The translations under genes and the position numbers were made by a program. From NCBI RefSeq assembly GCF_014522245.1, contig NZ_CP058596.1: 24,000 bases of DNA. The stretch is one strand, 5' to 3'. Origin of the DNA: Escherichia coli (GTDB taxonomy: Bacteria > Pseudomonadota > Gammaproteobacteria > Enterobacterales > Enterobacteriaceae). Each line of letters opens with the position of its first letter. The first letter of the stretch is position 1. Shown here in pieces: positions 10,769 through 21,210 of this stretch. The notes below the pieces were generated by a model. That model was given only the letters and a program-made list of their open reading frames with translations. It was not told the DNA's origin and ran no database searches.

Positions 10769-10929
10769 TGTAGCCCGCCTCAACGCACTTATTTAGTGCA
10801 TCCATCTGCTATCCCCAGCTGGTTAAGTAAATTTTTTGTATCCACATCATCACACAATCGTTACATAAAGATTGTTTTTTCATCATGTTTTACGCTAAAT
10901 AATCACTGTGTTGAGTGCACAATTTTAGC

Positions 10930-10958
10930 GCACCAGTTTGGTGCCCCAGAATGGTGCA
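10930..10958 (+). promoter_or_regulatory. Two NtrC (GlnG) enhancer-like sites upstream of glnH
   Basis: gcaccagtttggtgc at 10930-10944 is a near-exact NtrC dyad. An overlapping second site gccccagaatggtgca lies at 10943-10958. Confidence 0.8.
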
Positions 10959-11012
10959 TCTTCAGGGTATTGCCCTATAAATCGTGCATCACGTTTTTGC
11001 CGCATCTCGAAA

Positions 11013-11025
11013 AATCAATGAGTTG
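11013..11025 (+). promoter_or_regulatory. IHF-binding-site match between the NtrC sites and the sigma-54 promoter
   Basis: aatcaatgagttg matches the IHF consensus WATCAANNNNTTR at every specified position. Confidence 0.75.
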
Positions 11026-11031
11026 CAAAAC

Positions 11032-11047
11032 TGGCACGATTTTTTCA
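11032..11047 (+). promoter_or_regulatory. Sigma-54 promoter of glnHPQ (glnHp2-like)
   Basis: tggcacgattttttca: GG of the -24 element at 11033-11034, 10-nt spacing to TC rather than the canonical GC at the -12 element. Confidence 0.8.
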
Positions 11048-11086
11048 TATATGTGAATGTCACGCAGGGGATCGTCCCGTGGATAG

Positions 11087-11848
<762 letters not shown>

Positions 11849-11881
11849 TAACGCTGCGCCTGTAAAGCGCACTGGCAGTTC

Positions 11882-11902
11882 CCTCTCCCCGCCGGGGAGA
11901 GG
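11882..11902. repeat. GC-rich intergenic palindrome between glnH and glnP
   Basis: cctctcccc-gcc-ggggagagg: perfect 9-bp stem with 3-nt loop. Resembles the widespread enterobacterial CCCTCTCCC/GGGAGAGG intergenic repeat family. No T tract. Confidence 0.7.
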
Positions 11903-11986
11903 ATTAGGGTGAAGGGCGCAAACCCGCTCCGGGGCCATTAATTACCCTGAATTTGATTATTTACACCACGGTAACAGGAACAACAT

Positions 11987-12646
11987 ATGCAGTTTGACTG
12001 GAGTGCCATCTGGCCTGCCATTCCGCTTCTGATTGAAGGTGCCAAAATGACCCTGTGGATTTCGGTCCTCGGTCTGGCTGGCGGTCTGGTGATCGGATTG
12101 TTGGCAGGTTTTGCACGCACCTTCGGTGGTTGGATAGCCAACCACGTCGCGCTGGTCTTTATTGAAGTGATCCGCGGCACACCTATCGTCGTCCAGGTGA
12201 TGTTTATCTATTTCGCCCTGCCGATGGCGTTTAACGATTTACGCATCGACCCGTTTACTGCGGCGGTGGTCACCATCATGATCAACTCCGGCGCGTACAT
12301 TGCGGAAATCACGCGTGGTGCGGTGCTGTCTATTCACAAAGGTTTTCGTGAAGCAGGACTGGCGCTCGGTCTTTCACGTTGGGAAACCATTCGCTACGTC
12401 ATTTTACCGCTGGCACTGCGTCGTATGCTGCCGCCGCTGGGTAACCAGTGGATCATCAGCATTAAAGACACTTCGCTGTTTATTGTTATCGGCGTGGCGG
12501 AACTGACCCGTCAGGGGCAAGAAATTATTGCCGGTAACTTCCGCGCCCTTGAGATCTGGAGCGCCGTGGCGGTGTTCTATCTGATTATTACCCTGGTGCT
12601 GAGCTTTATTCTGCGTCGTCTGGAAAGAAGGATGAAAATCCTGTGA
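11987..12646 (+). CDS. glnP: Glutamine ABC transporter permease GlnP
   Basis: 219 aa, HisM/GlnP-type permease with EAA-loop-like [32 protein letters not shown]. Confidence 0.98.
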
Positions 12647-13365
12647 TTGAATTTAAAAACGTCTCCAAGCATTTTGGTCCAACCCAGGTGCTGCACAATA
12701 TCGATTTGAACATTGCTCAGGGCGAAGTCGTGGTGATTATCGGGCCGTCCGGTTCCGGTAAATCGACCCTGCTGCGCTGCATCAACAAACTGGAAGAAAT
12801 CACCTCCGGCGATCTGATTGTCGATGGCCTGAAGGTTAACGATCCGAAAGTTGATGAGCGCCTGATTCGCCAGGAAGCGGGTATGGTGTTCCAGCAGTTT
12901 TACCTCTTCCCGCATCTGACGGCGCTGGAAAACGTCATGTTTGGCCCGCTACGCGTGCGTGGCGCGAACAAAGAAGAGGCGGAAAAACTGGCGCGTGAGC
13001 TGCTGGCGAAAGTCGGTCTGGCAGAGCGTGCACATCACTACCCTTCCGAACTTTCTGGTGGTCAACAGCAGCGTGTGGCGATTGCCCGCGCGCTGGCGGT
13101 GAAGCCGAAAATGATGCTGTTTGATGAACCGACTTCCGCTCTTGACCCGGAACTGCGCCATGAAGTGCTGAAGGTTATGCAGGATCTGGCTGAAGAAGGG
13201 ATGACGATGGTGATCGTGACCCACGAAATCGGTTTTGCCGAGAAAGTAGCTTCGCGCCTGATCTTTATCGACAAAGGCCGGATTGCAGAAGATGGCGATC
13301 CGCAGGTGTTGATCAAGAACCCGCCGAGCCAGCGCTTGCAGGAATTTTTGCAGCACGTCTCTTAA
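12643..13365 (+). CDS. glnQ: Glutamine ABC transporter ATP-binding protein GlnQ (GTG start)
   Basis: 240 aa with Walker [10 protein letters not shown], signature [15 protein letters not shown] and Walker [17 protein letters not shown] overlap with the glnP stop. Confidence 0.98.
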
Positions 13366-13372
13366 CTTCTCT

Positions 13373-13398
13373 GCCTCCCTTTCCCCCGAAAGGGAGGC
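13373..13398 (+). terminator. Hairpin downstream of glnQ, lacking a T tract
   Basis: gcctccctttc-cccc-gaaagggaggc: perfect 11-bp stem at 13373-13383 / 13388-13398. Confidence 0.45.
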
Positions 13399-13481
13399 AC
13401 ACCAGATTCCTCTCATTTAAAATCGCCCAGCCTCCAGCATCTATACTTATCTTTTTGCTCTGTTTTCTCACTGGAGGAGTC

Positions 13482-15707
13482 ATGCGGTGGATCCTGTTCA
13501 TCCTCTTCTGCCTGTTGGGCGCACCTGCCCACGCGGTATCCATACCCGGCGTTACAACCACAACGACAACGGACTCAACGACTGAACCGGCCCCGGAATC
13601 GGATATCGAACAAAAAAAAGCGGCCTATGGCGCACTGGCGGATGTGCTGGATAATGACACCTCGCGTAAAGAGTTGATCGACCAGTTGCGCACCGTCGCC
13701 GCGACGCCCCCTGCGGAACCCGTACCGAAGATCGTGCCGCCGACGCTGGTTGAAGAGCAAACCGTGCTGCAAAAAGTCACCGAAGTCAGCCGCCATTATG
13801 GTGAAGCCCTTTCCGCCCGCTTCGGACAACTTTATCGCAATATCACCGGCTCCCCGCATAAGCCGTTTAATCCACAAACCTTCAGCAATGCGTTGACCCA
13901 TTTTTCAATGTTAGCGGTATTAGTGTTTGGTTTTTACTGGCTGATTCGCCTGTGCGCACTTCCGCTGTATCGCAAAATGGGCCAGTGGGCGCGGCAAAAA
14001 AATCGTGAGCGCAGTAACTGGTTGCAGCTTCCGGCGATGATTATCGGGGCGTTTATTATCGACCTGCTGTTACTGGCACTGACATTATTTGTCGGTCAGG
14101 TTTTAAGCGACAACCTGAATGCGGGCAGTCGCACCATCGCTTTCCAACAAAGTTTGTTTCTCAACGCCTTTGCCCTGATTGAATTTTTCAAAGCCGTACT
14201 ACGCCTGATTTTTTGCCCAAACGTGGCTGAACTGCGCCCGTTCACGATTCATGACGAGACCGCCCGTTACTGGAGTCGTCGCCTGAGCTGGTTAAGCAGC
14301 CTGATTGGCTATGGTCTGATTGTGGCTGTGCCGATTATCTCTAATCAGGTGAATGTACAGATAGGTGCACTGGCGAACGTCATCATTATGCTGTGCATGA
14401 CCGTCTGGGCGTTGTACCTGATTTTTCGTAATAAAAAAGAGATCACCCAGCATTTGCTCAACTTTGCGGAGCATTCGCTGGCCTTTTTCAGCCTGTTTAT
14501 CCGCGCCTTTGCGCTGGTGTGGCACTGGCTGGCAAGCGCCTATTTTATCGTGCTGTTTTTCTTTTCGTTGTTCGATCCGGGCAACAGCCTGAAATTTATG
14601 ATGGGTGCAACGGTGCGCAGCCTGGCGATTATTGGTATCGCAGCATTTGTTTCCGGTATGTTTTCCCGCTGGTTGGCGAAAACCATCACCCTCTCGCCAC
14701 ATACTCAGCGTAACTATCCCGAGCTGCAAAAACGGCTGAATGGATGGCTTTCGGCGGCACTGAAAACAGCGCGTATTCTGACAGTCTGCGTGGCGGTAAT
14801 GCTGCTGTTGAGCGCATGGGGATTGTTCGATTTCTGGAACTGGCTGCAAAACGGAGCGGGGCAGAAAACCGTAGATATCCTGATCCGTATCGCACTCATT
14901 CTTTTCTTCTCGGCGGTTGGCTGGACGGTGCTCGCCAGTTTGATAGAAAACCGGCTGGCTTCGGATATTCATGGCCGCCCGCTACCCAGCGCCCGTACGC
15001 GAACCCTGCTGACGCTGTTCCGTAACGCGCTGGCGGTGATTATCAGTACCATCACCATCATGATTGTGTTGTCGGAAATCGGCGTCAATATCGCGCCATT
15101 GCTGGCAGGTGCCGGGGCATTAGGTCTGGCTATCTCGTTTGGTTCGCAAACGCTGGTGAAAGATATTATTACCGGAGTATTTATTCAGTTTGAAAACGGC
15201 ATGAACACTGGAGATTTGGTGACTATCGGGCCGTTGACCGGCACTGTGGAACGGATGTCGATTCGCTCCGTGGGCGTGCGCCAGGATACCGGGGCGTATC
15301 ACATCATTCCGTGGTCTTCGATAACCACCTTTGCTAACTTCGTCCGCGGTATTGGTTCGGTAGTGGCAAACTACGATGTTGATCGCCATGAAGATGCTGA
15401 TAAAGCCAATCAGGCACTGAAAGATGCGGTAGCAGAATTGATGGAAAACGAAGAAATTCGCGGGCTGGTTATTGGTGAACCGAACTTTGCCGGGATTGTC
15501 GGCTTAAGCAATACCGCGTTTACACTGCGTGTTTCGTTCACCACGCTGCCACTCAAACAGTGGACGGTCCGCTTTGCCCTCGACAGCCAGGTGAAAAAAC
15601 ATTTCGACCTGGCGGGTGTTCGCGCGCCGGTACAGACTTATCAGGTGCTGCCAGCTCCGGGCGCGGCCCCGGCTGAACCGTTGCCGCCGGGGGAGCCAAC
15701 GCTTTAA
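13482..15707 (+). CDS. ybiO: Mechanosensitive channel of the MscS family, YbiO
   Basis: 741 aa from [18 protein letters not shown] (signal peptide), multiple transmembrane segments and MscS core ([39 protein letters not shown]). The supplied ORF's earlier start gives a less plausible N-terminus. Confidence 0.94.
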   Translation: MRWILFILFCLLGAPAHAVSIPGVTTTTTTDSTTEPAPESDIEQKKAAYGALADVLDNDTSRKELIDQLRTVAATPPAEPVPKIVPPTLVEEQTVLQKVTEVSRHYGEALSARFGQLYRNITGSPHKPFNPQTFSNALTHFSMLAVLVFGFYWLIRLCALPLYRKMGQWARQKNRERSNWLQLPAMIIGAFIIDLLLLALTLFVGQVLSDNLNAGSRTIAFQQSLFLNAFALIEFFKAVLRLIFCPNVAELRPFTIHDETARYWSRRLSWLSSLIGYGLIVAVPIISNQVNVQIGALANVIIMLCMTVWALYLIFRNKKEITQHLLNFAEHSLAFFSLFIRAFALVWHWLASAYFIVLFFFSLFDPGNSLKFMMGATVRSLAIIGIAAFVSGMFSRWLAKTITLSPHTQRNYPELQKRLNGWLSAALKTARILTVCVAVMLLLSAWGLFDFWNWLQNGAGQKTVDILIRIALILFFSAVGWTVLASLIENRLASDIHGRPLPSARTRTLLTLFRNALAVIISTITIMIVLSEIGVNIAPLLAGAGALGLAISFGSQTLVKDIITGVFIQFENGMNTGDLVTIGPLTGTVERMSIRSVGVRQDTGAYHIIPWSSITTFANFVRGIGSVVANYDVDRHEDADKANQALKDAVAELMENEEIRGLVIGEPNFAGIVGLSNTAFTLRVSFTTLPLKQWTVRFALDSQVKKHFDLAGVRAPVQTYQVLPAPGAAPAEPLPPGEPTL

Positions 15708-16630
15708 CGCTGGCGATTGACAAAACGGCGGCGCTGCTCGTCGTTCATAAAGGTCCAGGCTATAAAGCGGCTCTGCTTTTGCCCCTGGGCCATCTCTTTT
15801 TTTACCACCTTCACCGCACCTACGTCCGTCAAAGCACGATACAACGGCGGTAAGTTTTCACCACGAGATACCAGCGAGGTAAACCACATCACCTGCTTCG
15901 CGAAGCCTTTGCTCTCTTCAATCATCTTTTTAATAAAGGCGACTTCACCGCCTTCACACCACAACTCCTGTTGCTGACCACCAAAGTTCAGTGCATCGTC
16001 TTTGTTCAGCCCCAGGTTACGGCGTTTACGTTCACTACCTGCCCGTGCCGCAGTGGCGGAATTGTGGAATGGCGGGTTACACAAGGTCGCATCGTATTGC
16101 TCGTTTTTATGGATGATGCCGTTAAAAATCGCCCCACTCTCTTTTTGCCGACGCAGACGAATGGCGCGGTTAAGCCCCGGATTAGCACTGATGATTGCCT
16201 GCGCACTGCTTAACGCCTGGCTGCTGGTTTCACTACCGGTAAAACGCCAGCCATATTCATGTACGCCAATCAGCGGATAAATACAGTTCGCACCAACGCC
16301 GATATCCAGAATGCTGGCATTAGCTGGAATTGTTCCGCTTGCTTCGGCCAGTAAATCGGCAAGGTGATGAATATAATCCGCCCGGCCCGGTACTGGTGGG
16401 CAGAGAAAACCGTCCGGGATATCCCAGTTCGCTACGGCGTAAAAATGGGCCAGCAACGCCTTATTGAGCGCCTTCACCGCCAGCGGATTGGCAAAGTCTA
16501 CGCTTTGCTCCCCGGCGGGTGTAAGCGTGAGGAATTGCCTGAGTTCAGGATTGACCTGACAAAGCGTGGCGAGATCGTAGCGGCTGTGATGACGGTTGCG
16601 CGGATGCAACCCCGGTTTCTGGGCGGACAT
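15704..16630 (-). CDS. rlmF: 23S rRNA (adenine1618-N6)-methyltransferase RlmF (YbiN)
   Basis: 308 aa from [28 protein letters not shown]-binding [16 protein letters not shown] and catalytic NPPFHNS motif. The supplied ORF extends 30 codons upstream. Confidence 0.94.
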   Translation of the reverse strand: MSAQKPGLHPRNRHHSRYDLATLCQVNPELRQFLTLTPAGEQSVDFANPLAVKALNKALLAHFYAVANWDIPDGFLCPPVPGRADYIHHLADLLAEASGTIPANASILDIGVGANCIYPLIGVHEYGWRFTGSETSSQALSSAQAIISANPGLNRAIRLRRQKESGAIFNGIIHKNEQYDATLCNPPFHNSATAARAGSERKRRNLGLNKDDALNFGGQQQELWCEGGEVAFIKKMIEESKGFAKQVMWFTSLVSRGENLPPLYRALTDVGAVKVVKKEMAQGQKQSRFIAWTFMNDEQRRRFVNRQR

Positions 16631-16905
16631 AGCATTCTCCTTTAAGCAGCGGCGTAAGATACCCGCATAACGCGACAGGGTAAATATCTGGCTGCGTTTA
16701 TCATTTCTAAAAACCTTCACATGGCTATGGTTTATGGCAATTCACCATAAAAATCATCATCATGCATGTCATTGATTTGTCTTATTTTGTAAAAATATAT
16801 CGTTCAAAAAATAAGCACATCTCTGTCAATTTTTTACGTCATTTTCATCGCGCAGGCGACCTACACTTATCTGGCACTACCCGTTGTATTTATGAGGATG
16901 TCATT

Positions 16906-17166
16906 ATGAAAAAGTGCCTCACACTACTGATTGCCACCGTCCTGAGCGGAATCTCTCTCACGGCTTATGCCGCGCAACCGATGAGTAACCTGGACAGAGG
17001 TCAACTACGGCCCGCCGGTACCGTTTCGGCAACTGGCGCATCAAACCTAAGCGATCTGGAGGATAAACTGGCAGAAAAAGCGCGCGAACAAGGCGCGAAA
17101 GGTTATGTCATTAATTCCGCAGGCGGAAATGACCAGATGTTCGGTACTGCAATCATCTACAAATAA
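16906..17166 (+). CDS. mcbA: Small secreted YhcN/DUF1471-family protein McbA (YbiM)
   Basis: 86 aa MKKCLTLLIATVLSGISLTAYAAQPM...GAKGYVINSAGGNDQMFGTAIIYK with SD-like gagga upstream. Start chosen at the signal peptide. Confidence 0.93.
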   Translation: MKKCLTLLIATVLSGISLTAYAAQPMSNLDRGQLRPAGTVSATGASNLSDLEDKLAEKAREQGAKGYVINSAGGNDQMFGTAIIYK

Positions 17167-17298
17167 CCCCACCAACGTAACTGCATTCGTCTCTGGATGC
17201 AGTTTTCGTCCGATTTGTAAGCAAAAAACATCAAATATGAACGCAATGTAAATAAATGTATTTCTTTTTCGCGCAATGGGTGATAGAAAATCGCGCCA

Positions 17299-17330
17299 AG
17301 TGATAATGCTTATCAAAATTATTATCACTT
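17299..17330 (+). promoter_or_regulatory. Overlapping Fur-box-like sequence upstream of fiu
   Basis: gtgataatgcttatcaaaattattatcactt contains repeated GATAAT/ATTATC units typical of Fur operators. Confidence 0.8.
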
Positions 17331-17430
17331 GCACGTACGCTATCACGGGATTAACAGTGGCATCGCATCCGCAGAGATGCTTTCTCGTGACAGTGAAAAT
17401 TTCACCATATAAGAAAAAGTCACCTGCAAA

Positions 17431-19713
17431 ATGGAAAACAATCGCAATTTCCCTGCCAGACAATTTCATTCGCTCACGTTCTTTGCCGGTCTTTGTATTG
17501 GTATTACGCCTGTGGCACAGGCACTCGCTGCCGAAGGGCAAGCTAACGCGGATGACACGCTGGTTGTCGAAGCATCAACGCCTTCGCTTTATGCGCCACA
17601 ACAATCTGCCGATCCGAAATTCTCGCGTCCGGTAGCGGATACTACCCGCACGATGACGGTGATTTCTGAACAAGTGATTAAAGATCAGGGTGCAACCAAC
17701 CTTACCGACGCGCTCAAAAACGTCCCCGGCGTGGGTGCGTTTTTTGCGGGTGAGAACGGTAACTCCACCACTGGCGACGCCATTTATATGCGCGGTGCCG
17801 ATACCTCTAACAGTATTTATATCGATGGCATTCGCGATATCGGCAGCGTCTCGCGCGACACCTTCAATACCGAGCAGGTCGAAGTAATTAAAGGGCCGTC
17901 CGGCACCGACTACGGGCGCAGCGCACCGACAGGCTCGATCAATATGATCAGCAAACAGCCGCGCAATGATTCCGGCATTGACGCCTCCGCCAGTATTGGC
18001 AGCGCCTGGTTCCGCCGCGGCACGCTGGACGTCAATCAGGTCATTGGTGATACCACTGCGGTGCGCCTGAATGTAATGGGCGAAAAAACGCACGATGCCG
18101 GACGCGACAAAGTCAAAAATGAGCGTTACGGCGTCGCCCCTTCTGTCGCTTTTGGCCTTGGTACAGCGAATCGTTTGTATCTTAATTATCTGCATGTCAC
18201 CCAGCACAACACGCCAGACGGCGGCATTCCGACCATCGGTTTACCGGGTTATTCTGCCCCATCTGCGGGAACAGCAGCCCTGAATCATTCCGGAAAAGTT
18301 GATACTCATAACTTTTACGGCACAGATTCCGATTACGACGATTCGACCACCGACACCGCTACCATGCGTTTTGAGCACGACATCAACGATAACACCACCA
18401 TTCGCAACACTACGCGTTGGTCGCGCGTAAAGCAGGATTACCTGATGACGGCGATTATGGGTGGAGCGTCGAATATTACCCAGCCCACCAGCGATGTGAA
18501 TAGCTGGACGTGGTCACGCACGGCGAATACCAAAGATGTGAGTAACAAAATTCTCACCAACCAGACCAACCTGACCTCGACGTTCTATACCGGCGCTATC
18601 GGTCATGATCTCAGTACCGGCGTGGAATTTACCCGCGAAACACAGACTAACTATGGCGTTAATCCGGTGACGTTACCGGCGGTAAATATTTATCATCCTG
18701 ACAGCAGCATTCATCCCGGCGGCCTGACGCGCAACGGCGCAAACGCCAATGGTCAGACGGATACCTTCGCAATTTATGCCTTCGATACGCTGCAAATCAC
18801 CCGTGATTTTGAGCTGAACGGCGGGATCCGTCTGGATAATTATCATACTGAATATGACAGTGCTACCGCCTGCGGCGGCAGCGGGCGCGGTGCCATCACC
18901 TGCCCTGCTGGCGTGGCAAAAGGTTCTCCGGTCACCACCGTCGACACCGCCAAGTCGGGCAATCTGGTGAACTGGAAAGCCGGGGCGCTGTATCACCTGA
19001 CGGAAAACGGCAATGTCTATATTAACTATGCCGTTTCCCAGCAGCCGCCGGGCGGCAACAACTTCGCCCTTGCGCAGTCTGGCAGCGGTAACAGTGCCAA
19101 CCGCACCGATTTTAAACCACAAAAAGCCAACACCAGCGAGATTGGCACCAAATGGCAGGTTCTGGATAAACGCCTGCTACTTACCGCCGCGCTGTTCCGT
19201 ACTGATATTGAAAATGAAGTTGAGCAAAATGATGACGGGACTTATTCGCAATATGGTAAGAAACGTGTCGAAGGCTACGAGATATCCGTGGCCGGGAATA
19301 TCACCCCCGCATGGCAGATGATTGGCGGCTATACCCAGCAAAAAGCAACTATCAAAAACGGCAAAGATGTTGCCCAGGATGGTTCCTCATCGCTGCCGTA
19401 TACCCCGGAACACGCCTTCACCTTATGGAGCCAGTATCAGGCAACCGATGATATTTCTGTTGGTGCGGGCGCACGGTATATCGGCAGTATGCATAAAGGT
19501 TCAGACGGCGCGGTGGGGACGCCAGCATTTACCGAAGGTTATTGGGTCGCCGACGCCAAACTGGGGTATCGGGTTAATCGCAATCTCGACTTCCAGCTAA
19601 ACGTCTACAACCTGTTTGATACCGATTACGTCGCCTCAATCAATAAGAGCGGCTACCGTTATCACCCGGGCGAGCCAAGAACCTTCTTGCTCACAGCTAA
19701 TATGCATTTCTGA
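17431..19713 (+). CDS. fiu: TonB-dependent catecholate siderophore receptor Fiu
   Basis: 760 aa with plug-domain motif (ALKNVPGVGAFFAGENGNSTTGDAIYMRG) and C-terminal LNVYNLFDTDYVASINKSGYRYHPGEPRTFLLTANMHF. Confidence 0.97.
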   Translation: MENNRNFPARQFHSLTFFAGLCIGITPVAQALAAEGQANADDTLVVEASTPSLYAPQQSADPKFSRPVADTTRTMTVISEQVIKDQGATNLTDALKNVPGVGAFFAGENGNSTTGDAIYMRGADTSNSIYIDGIRDIGSVSRDTFNTEQVEVIKGPSGTDYGRSAPTGSINMISKQPRNDSGIDASASIGSAWFRRGTLDVNQVIGDTTAVRLNVMGEKTHDAGRDKVKNERYGVAPSVAFGLGTANRLYLNYLHVTQHNTPDGGIPTIGLPGYSAPSAGTAALNHSGKVDTHNFYGTDSDYDDSTTDTATMRFEHDINDNTTIRNTTRWSRVKQDYLMTAIMGGASNITQPTSDVNSWTWSRTANTKDVSNKILTNQTNLTSTFYTGAIGHDLSTGVEFTRETQTNYGVNPVTLPAVNIYHPDSSIHPGGLTRNGANANGQTDTFAIYAFDTLQITRDFELNGGIRLDNYHTEYDSATACGGSGRGAITCPAGVAKGSPVTTVDTAKSGNLVNWKAGALYHLTENGNVYINYAVSQQPPGGNNFALAQSGSGNSANRTDFKPQKANTSEIGTKWQVLDKRLLLTAALFRTDIENEVEQNDDGTYSQYGKKRVEGYEISVAGNITPAWQMIGGYTQQKATIKNGKDVAQDGSSSLPYTPEHAFTLWSQYQATDDISVGAGARYIGSMHKGSDGAVGTPAFTEGYWVADAKLGYRVNRNLDFQLNVYNLFDTDYVASINKSGYRYHPGEPRTFLLTANMHF

Positions 19714-19760
19714 TTCAGATGTGGGGCGCAAGGCTCACTAATGTTGATGGCGAGAGCAGG

Positions 19761-19860
19761 ACTGCCTGATGCGCTGCGCTTATCAGGCCTACAAGGTTGT
19801 GCAATACACTGAATTCACATCATTTGGTAGGCCGGATAAGGCGTTCACGCCGCATCCGGC
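19761..19860. repeat. REP/BIME-type elements between fiu and ybiX
   Basis: Motif actgcctgatgcgctgcgcttatcaggcctac at 19761-19792, and a near-consensus REP gtaggccggataaggcgttcacgccgcatccggc at 19827-19860. Confidence 0.88.
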
Positions 19861-19928
19861 ACCTGAGCACCATTGCCTGCTGTTAAAAATCGGTGTGGGG
19901 CGCAGGCCCCACTTTTTGGAGAACTTGT

Positions 19929-20606
19929 ATGATGTACCACATTCCCGGCGTGTTATCGCCACAGGACGTCGCCCGTTTTCGCGAACACCTGGAACAAGCC
20001 GAATGGGTGGATGGGCGCGTCACCACCGGCGCACAAGGTGCGCAAGTTAAGAACAATCAACAAGTAGACACCCGCAGCGCCCTGTACGCCGCCCTGCAAA
20101 ATGAGGTGCTGAACGCGGTTAACCAACATGCTTTGTTCTTTGCCGCGGCCTTGCCGCGTACCCTTTCCACGCCGCTGTTTAATCGCTATCAGAACAATGA
20201 AACCTATGGTTTTCATGTGGATGGCGCAGTACGCAGCCATCCACAAAACGGCTGGATGCGCACTGACCTTTCTGCCACGCTGTTTTTAAGCGATCCAGAA
20301 AGCTACGACGGCGGCGAACTGGTCGTTAATGACACCTTCGGGCAACATCGGGTAAAACTCCCGGCAGGCGATCTGGTGTTGTATCCCTCCAGCAGCCTGC
20401 ATTGCGTGACACCCGTAACCCGCGGCGTGCGAGTGGCATCATTTATGTGGATCCAGTCGATGATCCGCGATGATAAAAAGCGCGCCATGCTGTTTGAACT
20501 GGACAACAATATTCAGTCGCTGAAAAGCCACTACGGCGAAAGTGAAGAGATCCTGTCGCTGCTCAATCTTTATCATAATCTGCTGCGGGAATGGTCGGAG
20601 ATCTGA
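19929..20606 (+). CDS. ybiX: PKHD-type 2-oxoglutarate/Fe(II)-dependent oxygenase YbiX (PiuC-like)
   Basis: 225 aa from [20 protein letters not shown]. Fe(II)-binding HVDGAV...HCVTPVTRG pattern. SD ggag at 19917-19920. Confidence 0.93.
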   Translation: MMYHIPGVLSPQDVARFREHLEQAEWVDGRVTTGAQGAQVKNNQQVDTRSALYAALQNEVLNAVNQHALFFAAALPRTLSTPLFNRYQNNETYGFHVDGAVRSHPQNGWMRTDLSATLFLSDPESYDGGELVVNDTFGQHRVKLPAGDLVLYPSSSLHCVTPVTRGVRVASFMWIQSMIRDDKKRAMLFELDNNIQSLKSHYGESEEILSLLNLYHNLLREWSEI

Positions 20607-20679
20607 CGCTTGAACTGCCCGAGTTCGTCCCTATATTAGCTACACTTAACTGTACAAGCATTGATATGGGGAGGACGAT

Positions 20680-20946
20680 ATGGCATCCGGTTGGGCTAAT
20701 GATGACGCCGTCAACGAACAGATCAACAGTACAATTGAAGATGCGATTGCCCGCGCTCGGGGTGAAATTCCGCGTGGCGAAAGCCTGTATGAATGTGAAG
20801 AGTGCGGTGCCCCTATCCCGCAGGCCCGTCGGGAAGCCATTCCTGGCGTGCGCTTATGCATTCATTGCCAACAGGAGAAAGATTTACAAAAACCAGCTTA
20901 TACAGGATATAATCGCAGAGGTTCGAAAGACAGCCAGTTACGTTAA
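20680..20946 (+). CDS. ybiI: DksA/TraR-type C4 zinc-finger protein YbiI
   Basis: 88 aa with YECEECGAPIPQARREAIPGVRLCIHCQ, a four-cysteine C-X2-C ... C-X2-C zinc finger. Confidence 0.93.
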   Translation: MASGWANDDAVNEQINSTIEDAIARARGEIPRGESLYECEECGAPIPQARREAIPGVRLCIHCQQEKDLQKPAYTGYNRRGSKDSQLR

Positions 20947-21210
20947 CTGCAACTGACGGGATGTTTAGTGAGTGTAATTTGTATTTTGCGTGGCATTCCG
21001 TGCCTTTAACGCTGCCGTGAGCACCACGCGGTACAAAACGGATTCATAAATACAACAAATAAATGGTTTATCAGTATGTTAGATATCAATCAATTTATTT
21101 GAACAAGGCGGTCAATTCTCTTCGATTTTATCTCTCGTAAAAAAACGTGATACTCATCACATCGACGAAACAACGTCACTTATACAAAAATCACCTGCGA
21201 GAGATTAATT

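Noticed and set aside
10763-11056. 97-aa ORF between dps and glnH
   Set aside because: It overlaps the dps terminator T tract, the NtrC sites, the IHF site and the sigma-54 promoter. The region is regulatory.
14292-14972. 226-aa minus strand ORF opposite ybiO, plus the shorter overlapping ORFs nearby
   Set aside because: Composition (many H, R, Q and C) is that of a reverse-complement shadow of a membrane-protein gene. No start signals or family features.
16906-17166. mcbA and ybiJ considered as possible toxin, immunity or bacteriocin components
   Set aside because: Both match the common secreted YhcN/DUF1471 family in sequence and architecture, and no partner gene is present.
17575-18207. 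210-aa minus strand ORF opposite fiu
   Set aside because: Shadow of the conserved TonB-receptor plug and barrel coding sequence. No independent evidence.
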